This document shows positions 53,301 through 61,400 of a stretch of 64,000 nucleotides of DNA, piece after piece (positions within the stretch are counted from its first letter, which is position 1; the number at the start of each line of letters is the position of its first letter). This DNA is from Balanoglossus misakiensis (taxonomy: Eukaryota; Animalia; Hemichordata): NCBI GenBank assembly GCA_040954595.2, contig CM082579.2:2346245-2410244 (forward strand), written 5' to 3'. A model generated the notes under the pieces. That model had not been told where the DNA came from and searched no databases. It saw only the letters and a list, made by a program, of their open reading frames with translations. The translations under genes were made by a program, and so were the position numbers.

Positions 53301-56300
53301 CCGCATAAATTCAGCCTGATAACTACGAAGGAATTAAATCAGCGGGATGTTGACGATCGCTTGGCGGGGAGGTTATCCCAAAGAATGGCTGGAAATGCCG
53401 CCAATCTGGTCATGAACGTCGGTGCTTGGTAGGGACAACAACAAACCAGACCACTGAAAATAAACCTCTATCCCCGGACCGTGGCGATGAATGTGACCCG
53501 GCAAAAGGTCATGATAATATCATTCAATTTCAAAATACCAAACTATCACCACCCGCTGTCCTTTTATATGACACAAATCTGCAGAGTTTCATGGCGAACT
53601 TTAGCATTTGTTGTCAGATAGATGAATCTAGTCAATCAAAAATAATGCTGAGAAGTGGATTTACCTTGTTTGTGATTTTAATTTTGTGCAAATGTAATCT
53701 CCGAAGCAAGTGAACAGATTTCCATGAATTTCATCATACATTCCATCATTTGAGATTTCTGAGAAAGGATATTCAATATCAGACAGTTCTTTGAGTGTGA
53801 AATGATCTTTCTGTTTTTTTCTCTCGCGTGCAGATAGTTTTTCTTCTGATGATGTAATCTATCATTGGCACAACGACACGGTAAAAGTGGATCCTGACTC
53901 TGAACTATCACAGTTTGAATTGATGAGTACAGAGACAGAAGAGAAGACATTTAAATCCAATAGAATAGGTAATTCCGTATGCATTTTTTTTATCATTGAT
54001 AGATCTTGTACAATTATTACGTGCGCCCACAAACGGTGGTTAAATTTATATTACTTGAATGTGCACTACAGCGATTTTATGTGGTTTATATTACATGTAA
54101 TTGTTGAAAAATTAAACAACTCGGTATGCAGTGGACATAGCGCGTCTGCGAGATTCGCAATGGGTCTATTGTGTCTGCTTTTGAAGTCCTGAGGCTGCGA
54201 TACGCTTTCCTTTAGGAAACATAATTTGGCGTCAGATCGTCATTTTCAGCCAGACCTGTGTATGCAAACCAGACAGTGGCACCAATCTCTCGAGATCAGA
54301 GCTGCATCGAGATCTGAAAATGGAAATAGATGACTTCAACTGCGCAGTCTGTGCAATTGTGGCCATTCTACCCTCTCCCTGGTGGCGCATCCTGACCAAA
54401 CGTTTTGACTTGTTTTCTATTTTGCTATTCAGGTGATCGATCGGTGCTGGTCGCCTACTTCCATCTAAAGAGGCATCTTGGTTATTTCATGATTCAGATA
54501 TATGTGCCGTGTATTTTGATAACAGTTTTATCCTGGGTCTCCTTCTGGCTCAATCCGGAGGCAACACCAGCCAGAGTAGCACTCGGTACGTTGACGGGTT
54601 TCACCCATTGATAATTCAATTACCTTCGTTTAGTCTGCTCTAATTTAACACAATTAGACGGTTATGTAATTTAATGCGATTCGGCTTGATTTAATTAATT
54701 ACCTTGATTGAGTTTCGGCTATTTAGTGCTCACTAAATTGCCATTTTGTCTCAAGAAAGGACATTTGCATAAATTAGACGCGCTTGTGAAAGCCATTAGG
54801 GCGTATAAAATGCCTCATTATGATTGGCATCTCCTAGTAATGTAATTTCGCCCAGTCTCAGTATGCCACTGAAAATACAATACACTAGATTCTACAGACT
54901 ACACACAGAGCGGAACTAACCCGCTGAAATCACCGCGCGATTGGAAAAGATACTGTACGCAAAGTACATTGTGTACAATCTGATAAAGAAGAAGCTTCAA
55001 TTTCTGTAATATTAATGAGCTTATGTCGCTGTGTTAATGATGTTACGATCTGATAAGCCGGAAAGCTTGGGTTCGATAATTTTCATTAGCTTCTATCCCA
55101 AGATTGATATTGTTCAGGTGATTGATGGAACTTTAGATGATGTTTTCCTTTCCCAACTTCGGAATGACAGATTGTGGTGTAATAATGGTCATAAAAAAAC
55201 TTCGGACATTTCCTGCGGTTTTTCTCAATTGCGCGTAACGCTAAACACTGTGATACCACCTGAAATATGTATGGGTCTGTGGAATAAAACAGTGGGTTTT
55301 TAATGACTGAAAGAATTATCTTCTTGAAATTTCTCAGACGATTGTGTGATTGTTTTCTTCTGGCCTCATTTGCAGGTGTTATGACTATCCTAAACATTAC
55401 GACACTAGGTTGGAGCATCCGGGACACTCTGCCGAAAGTCTCCTATGCCAAGGCCCTGGACTGGTACTTGGCTCTCTGCTTCACATTCGTGCTCGGATCT
55501 CTGGTCGAATTCGCCGGCGTCAACTACTTCGGCAGGAGACGCGGAGGCGGGGCCGGGGAGGAGTCGTCCCCACAAGTTAGAACCGTGGACGAGGAGGGGA
55601 ATGAGGCAGAGGAGGAAGAAGATCACGAAGAAGAGATTCAGGTACAGATACTCTTCTGACACGGTTGACATTCATCGGATTTACTTGAGCTGCGAAGTAT
55701 GGTGCTTGAGAGTCGATAAGAAAGTGTTGGATCGTGGGAGTTTGTGTGTATGAGTGTATTCAGTAACCCTTAGGAAATATCAGTTCACCTAACTGAATCA
55801 TTTTGCCTGGGAGTCAAGTTATTTACGGTTATCAAAGGTCAACTGGCTTTCCAGCTTGAGTAATCCATGTAAAGTGGCAGTTTGGCGGAAATTATCCTTT
55901 CAAAGCTGTCCTTGAAACACTTTTCAGATTTGTCACTTTTAGATGCAAAAAAAAAAGTTTTACTTTGCTTTCGTATTCAGATGCTGCCTATAACTAGCAG
56001 CAAACGAAAAGTGAGATACGGCGGAGTGTACCGACAGCCGCTACGGGCCACGGAAGTGGTGTACGAGGAGACCGTGGAGGAAGAGTCGTGTTGCAGCGCT
56101 TTGATTCACTGTCTGAAGGGCAACGCCAAGTACAGGGACTTCAGTTTCGCCCGAAGTTGCCGAAACATAAATGTTCACAAGGTAGACAGGACTTGTAGGG
56201 TTGCTTTCCCGTCGGCCTTTGCGATCCTCAATCTACTGTACTGGGTGATTTACTTGGAGGCCGGAGGGGTATCCCACGTGAAGTCACCAATTGCCGACTA

Positions 56301-56304
56301 CTGA
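21837..56304 (+). CDS. GABA-A receptor alpha/gamma-class (GRD/8916-like) subunit gene, complete, 496 aa; join(21837..21910,23299..23465,34686..34753,42216..42436,43144..43226,53834..53968,54433..54585,55376..55641,55981..56304)
   Basis: Nine GT-AG exons total 1491 nt in frame: signal peptide, [36 protein letters not shown], Cys-loop [51 protein letters not shown] and M4. These are alpha-type motifs; exact orthology needs a phylogeny. Confidence 0.92.
23299..23465 (+). CDS. alpha-like coding exon 2 (...[24 protein letters not shown])
   Basis: tttgtag acceptor, GTAAG donor, 167 bp, N-terminal helix plus YxxxLRP motif. Confidence 0.88.
26403..26471. repeat. degenerate (CCTTA)n/(CATTA)n pentanucleotide repeat
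   Basis: Direct inspection. Confidence 0.75.
33400..33464. mobile_element. tiny TTAA-flanked non-autonomous DNA transposon remnant (Kolobok-like MITE?)
   Basis: TTAA-AGCCC...GGGCT-TTAA. The left 21 nt match the reverse complement of 8946-8966 at 19/21. Confidence 0.45.
34686..34753 (+). CDS. alpha-like coding exon 3 ([23 protein letters not shown])
   Basis: 68 bp, ttttcag acceptor, GTAAG donor; missed by the ORF track. Confidence 0.93.
36098..36190. repeat. degenerate tetranucleotide (ACTG/ACTA/GATA/GACA) repeat
   Basis: Direct inspection. Confidence 0.65.
41945..42088. repeat. compound (CAAC/CGAC/CAGT/CAAT)n microsatellite
   Basis: Direct inspection. Confidence 0.85.
42216..42436 (+). 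CDS. alpha-like coding exon 4 (loops D, A, E)
   Basis: 221 bp, [17 protein letters not shown]...[15 protein letters not shown] donor. Confidence 0.95.
43144..43226 (+). CDS. alpha-like coding exon 5 (Cys-loop)
   Basis: 83 bp, [33 protein letters not shown] donor. Confidence 0.95.
44303..44341. repeat. (AAC)13 microsatellite
   Basis: Direct inspection. Confidence 0.95.
51286..51390. repeat. (GAAT)n microsatellite, about 23 units, ending in (GAAC)n
   Basis: Direct inspection; explains the HSFI-repeat ORFs. Confidence 0.97.
53834..53968 (+). CDS. alpha-like coding exon 6 ([12 protein letters not shown]...ELSQFELMS...KSNRI)
   Basis: 135 bp, long polypyrimidine tract plus cag, GTAATT donor, DVIYxW and LSQF motifs, phases consistent with neighbouring exons. 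Confidence 0.9.
54433..54585 (+). CDS. alpha-like coding exon 7 (loop C, M1, start of M2)
   Basis: 153 bp, [52 protein letters not shown]. Confidence 0.96.
55376..55641 (+). CDS. alpha-like coding exon 8 (M2, M3, start of cytoplasmic loop)
   Basis: 266 bp, [52 protein letters not shown]..., phase-0 donor CAG|GTAC. Confidence 0.92.
55981..56304 (+). CDS. alpha-like coding exon 9 (loop, M4, stop)
   Basis: tattcag acceptor, ...[26 protein letters not shown]..., TGA ending at 56304. Confidence 0.92.
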   Translation: MLPITSSKRKVRYGGVYRQPLRATEVVYEETVEEESCCSALIHCLKGNAKYRDFSFARSCRNINVHKVDRTCRVAFPSAFAILNLLYWVIYLEAGGVSHVKSPIADY

Positions 56305-57250
56305 TCAATAGCCGAGCAGACGTGTATCCCAAGCACTGAGCTGAAATTATTCACTGCTGAACACTTTTGAAAACACGTGCTTTCAGATATATAAAAACAA
56401 CTTAGATTTATGCTTTAGTCATTGCTTTCCTCAAAAATTCTATCAAATTCAGCTTAATATGTGCATGCACCTTCTCTGTCGAGTCACAGTGATGGCGCTC
56501 ATTCAAGATGGCGACCACTTCCTGTTCGACAGCTACCCTGTTCTGTTCGTCGCCGGCTACCCTGTTCAGTACGCATCATCAATAACGACGGTCTGTCTAA
56601 AGGAAATATGGTGCGTATACTGGAACAGACTTCTATATAATATAACTAACCATGACCAATGTTTTTTAACATGTGTGCAGCTAACAATAGGTGATAAATG
56701 CATTTATTTTTTATTTGTAAAGCGTCTAGTTGGCATATTAAGTTATCGAAGACCGAAACGTCGTTACATGATTTTATCAGCGAGTTTCTAATTGGTTACT
56801 TCTTCTATGCAACCTATCATCTAGTTGTTATCGAATATAAACTTGTATCTCAGTACTTCGTGAAAATCAATTTATGTAATTTGTAGTCGGTGTTATGTAT
56901 TTGTCGACGAATAGTAACACAGTACCTCGACGAACTTTACTCTGCTGCGCAAAAATAACACAGGTCACAGATAAAAATGATAATGCCACGGAAAGATAAC
57001 GTGCATTGATCGTCATGAAAACCATTGACCATTTGTCATCGTTAGAACAGAATTAGTGGTGCTTATTTTGTGTGTATAGACATATTTGTAAAGTACATGT
57101 ACATTCTTCTGATACAGTGTAATATTTCATTCTTATCAAGACTGATTCCCCGGCATAATCAAGATATTCTTCTGTAAAACTAAATGTCGTGATGTCGGTT
57201 TACGTCATCCGTTATTACTGTCATCTTGTGTATACGAGTACGGGTGGCAG

Positions 57251-57297
57251 ACGTATATATGTGTGTGTGTGTGCGCGTGCGCGCGCGTGTGTATGTG
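57251..57297. repeat. 47-bp perfect alternating purine-pyrimidine tract (AT/GT/GC)
   Basis: acgtatatatgtgtgtgtgtgtgcgcgtgcgcgcgcgtgtgtatgtg. Confidence 0.85.
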
Positions 57298-58027
57298 GGC
57301 GATGTGTTTCTAAAATCGTTGATTTGTTTTTGTCGGAGTTGTTCTTTTTATCTTGGATATATGTTAACAGCACGTGAGTGGTCACATTTTGCAAGATGGG
57401 TAAGCCTCGTCAACCAGACATTGGATTGAGTAGTATCTTCATATTTTGATTGATGTGTTTTCTAGTAAGTTATCTCCATGTACCATCTGGTGTTATTGAT
57501 TTGTGGTGTAATACAGTTACACCCACGCAATATGTTATAGGCAAATCAGCCAGTCCGATAACTGAGTACGGCTTAACGTTTCATTTTTTGCTTGAATTGT
57601 TTTTAAAAAAATTAAAACAGCATACATTTATCTTTTGTTTTAAAGAAGTACTGTAGAAATTGAACATTTTCACTTCATGATTGAAGTGCTTGTAAGACGT
57701 TATCAGATATCGTTTTCGGAGTTATTGATATCCTCACTGACACGTATAGTCCATATAGTTTGTGAGCAAATCTGTCACAAACATGAAAACGTTGTGGTAG
57801 CTAATTATATTCAATTCCTAGAACCGAAACATCTGAATCCTAAATATTAATTTCTTTTTAGAGCGACTTTGTATCATAAGGTTATGTGTCCTGCTTGCAT
57901 ACCCAGTAGGTAAACAAAATTCTAGTCGTGTATTTTCCATTCGAAGCTAACTTTATTGACACAGAAAAACATTTTAATTACGTTTAGCCTTTAAATAATG
58001 AAGTTATTGTTCAAAAATTGTTTTGTA

Positions 58028-58033
58028 AATAAA
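58028..58033 (+). terminator. putative polyadenylation signal AATAAA of the alpha-like gene (3' UTR about 1.7 kb)
   Basis: First canonical AATAAA I saw after the stop codon, in the context ttttgtaAATAAAg, followed by CA dinucleotides and GT-rich sequence. Confidence 0.55.
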
Positions 58034-58085
58034 GATATTTTCCACTGCTAAACACTGTCGATTGATACTGTATACATTTGTGGAC

Positions 58086-58170
58086 ATTTTTCATGGGCTA
58101 TAGCTCATGAAAATTGTCAAAAATGACAAATTCTCGACTTTGCGAATTTAGGTGTTTTTGTCATTTGTGG
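58086..58170 (-). repeat. single inverted satellite monomer at the array edge
   Basis: Reverse complement reads ...TTCGCAAAGTCGAG...TTTTCATGAGCTATAGCCCATGAAAAAT, matching the 86-bp unit. Confidence 0.88.
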
Positions 58171-58492
58171 CCAAAATCACGAAATTTCGAAAACTCGCAA
58201 AGTCGACAGATTTCCAGTTTTTGATGATTTTCATGAGCTATAACCCATGAAAATTTCAAAAAATCACGAAATTCAAAAATTCGCAAAGTCGACAGATTTC
58301 CACATTTTGATGATTTTCATGAGCTATAACCCATGAAAATTTCAAAAAATCACAAAATTCAAAAATTCGCAAAGTCGACAGATTTCCACATTTTGATGAT
58401 TTTCATGAGCTATAACCCATGAAAATTTCAAAAAATCACAAAATTCAAAAATTCGCAAAGTCGACAGATTTCACTTTTTGATGATTTTCATG
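58171..58492. repeat. diverged 86-bp satellite subfamily (about 3.7 units)
   Basis: GAGCTATAACCCATGAAAATTTC...TCGCAAAGTCGACAGATTTCC...GATGATTTTCAT at 58235, 58321 and 58407. Confidence 0.92.
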
Positions 58493-61400
58493 CTGAGCTA
58501 TAACCCATGGTTTTTTCAAAAAATGACCAAATTTTCAAAATTCGCAAACTCGAAAAATCGTCGATTTTTGAAGGTTTTCCTGAGCTATAACCCATGGTTT
58601 TTTCAAAAAATGACCAAATTTTCAAAATTCGCAAACTCGAAAAATCGTCGATTTTTGAAGGTTTTCCTGAGCTATAACCCATGTTTTTTTCAAAAATGAC
58701 CAAATTTTCAAAATTCGCAAACTCGAAAATCGTCGATTTTGAAGGTTTTCCTGAGCTATAACCCATGGTTTTTTCAAAAAATGACCAAATTTTCAAAATT
58801 CGCAAACTCGAAAAATCGTCGATTTTTGAAGGTTTTCCTGAGCTATAACCCATGGTTTTTTCAAAAAATGACCAAATTTTCAAAATTCGCAAACTCGAAA
58901 AATCGTCGATTTTTGAAGGTTTTCCTGAGCTATAACCCATGGTTTTTTCAAAAAATGACCAATTTTTCAAAATTCGCAAACTCGAAAAATCGTCGATTTT
59001 TGAAGGTTTTCCTGAGCTATAACCCATGGTTTTTTCAAAAAATGACCAAATTTTCAAAATTCGCAAACTCGAAAAATCGTCGATTTTTGAAGGTTTTCCT
59101 GAGCTATAACCCATGGTTTTTTCAAAAAATGACCAAATTTTCAAAATTCGCAAACTCGAAAAATCGTCGATTTTTGAAGGTTTTCCTGAGCTATAACCCA
59201 TGGTTTTTTCAAAAATGACCAAATTTTCAAAATTCGCAAACTCGAAAAATCGTCGATTTTTGAAGGTTTTCCTGAGCTATAACCCATGGTTTTTTCAAAA
59301 AATGACCAAATTTTCAAAATTCGCAAACTCGAAAAATCGTCGATTTTTGAAGGTTTTCCTGAGCTATAACCCATGGTTTTTTCAAAAAATGACCAAATTT
59401 TCAAAATTCGCAAACTCGAAAAATCGTCGATTTTTGAAGGTTTTCCTGAGCTATAACCCATGGTTTTTTTCAAAAAATGACCAAATTTTCAAAATTCGCA
59501 AACTCGAAAAATCGTCGATTTTTGAAGGTTTTCCTGAGCTATAACCCATGTTTTTTTTCAAAAATGACCAAATTTTCAAAATTCGCAAACTCGAAAAATC
59601 GTCGATTTTTGAAGGTTTTCCTGAGCTATAACCCATGGTTTTTTCAAAAAATGACCAAATTTTCAAAATTCGCAAACTCGAAAAATCGTCGATTTTTGAA
59701 GGTTTTCCTGAGCTATAACCCATGGTTTTTTCAAAAAATGACCAAATTTTCAAAATTCGCAAACTCGAAAAATCGTCGATTTTTGATGGTTTTCCTGAGC
59801 TATAACCCATGGTTTTTTCAAAAAATGACCAAATTTTCAAAATTCGCAAACTCGAAAAATCGTCGATTTTTGAAGGTTTTCCTGAGCTATAACCCATGGT
59901 TTTTTCAAAAAATGACCAAATTTTCAAAATTCGCAAACTCGAAAATCATCGATTTTTGATGGTTTTCCTGAGCTATAACCCATGGTTTTTTCAAAAAATG
60001 ACCAAATTTTCAAAATTCGCAAACTCGAAAAATCGTCGATTTTTGATGGTTTTCCTGAGCTATAACCCATGGTTTTTTTTTCAAAAAATGACCAAATTTT
60101 CAAAATTCGCAAACTCGAAAAATCGTCGATTTTTGAAGGTTTTCCTGAGCTATAACCCATGGTTTTTTTCAAAAAATGACCAAATTTTCAAAATTCGCAA
60201 ACTCGAAAAATCGTCGATTTTTGAAGGTTTTCCTGAGCTATAACCCATGGTTTTTTTAAAAAAATGACCAAATTTTCAAAATTCGCAAACTCGAAAAATC
60301 GTCGATTTTTGAAGGTTTTCCTGAGCTATAACCCATGGTTTTTTCAAAAAATGACCAAATTTTCAAAATTCGCAAACTCGAAAAATCGTCGATTTTTGAT
60401 GGTTTTCCTGAGCTATAACCCATGGTTTTTTCAAAAAATGACCAAATTTTCAAAATTCGCAAACTCGAAAAATCGTCGATTTTTGAAGGTTTTCCTGAGC
60501 TATAACCCATGGTTTTTTCAAAAAATGACCAAATTTTCAAAATTCGCAAACTCGAAAAATCGTCGATTTTTGAAGGTTTCCTGAGCTATAACCATGGTTT
60601 TTTTCAAAAAATGACCAAATTTTCAAAATTCGCAAACTCGAAAAATCGTCGATTTTTGAAGGTTTTCCTGAGCTATAACCCATGTTTTTTCAAAAAATGA
60701 CCAAATTTTCAAAATTCGCAAACTCGAAAAATCGTCGATTTTTGAAGGTTTTCCTGAGCTATAACCCATGGTTTTTTCAAAAAATGACCAAATTTTCAAA
60801 ATTCGCAAACTCGAAAAATCGTCGATTTTTGATGGTTTTCCTGAGCTATAACCCATGGTTTTTTTCAAAAAATGACCAAATTTTCAAAATTCGCAAACTC
60901 GAAAAATCGTCGATTTTTGAAGGTTTTCCTGAGCTATAACCCATGGTTTTTTCAAAAAATGACCAAATTTTCAAAATTCGCAAACTCGAAAAATCGTCGA
61001 TTTTTGAAGGTTTTCCTGAGCTATAACCCATGGTTTTTTCAAAAAATGACCAAATTTTCAAAATTCGCAAACTCGAAAAATCGTCGATTTTTGAAGGTTT
61101 TCCTGAGCTATAACCCATGGTTTTTTCAAAAAATGACCAAATTTTCAAAATTCGCAAACTCGAAAAATCGTCGATTTTTGAAGGTTTTCCTGAGCTATAA
61201 CCCATGGTTTTTTCAAAAATGACCAAATTTTCAAAATTCGCAAACTCGAAAAATCGTCGATTTTTGAAGGTTTTCCTGAGCTATAACCCATGGTTTTTTT
61301 CAAAAAATGACCAAATTTTCAAAATTCGCAAACTCGAAAAATCGTCGATTTTTGAAGGTTTTCCTGAGCTATAACCCATGGTTTTTTCAAAAAATGACCA

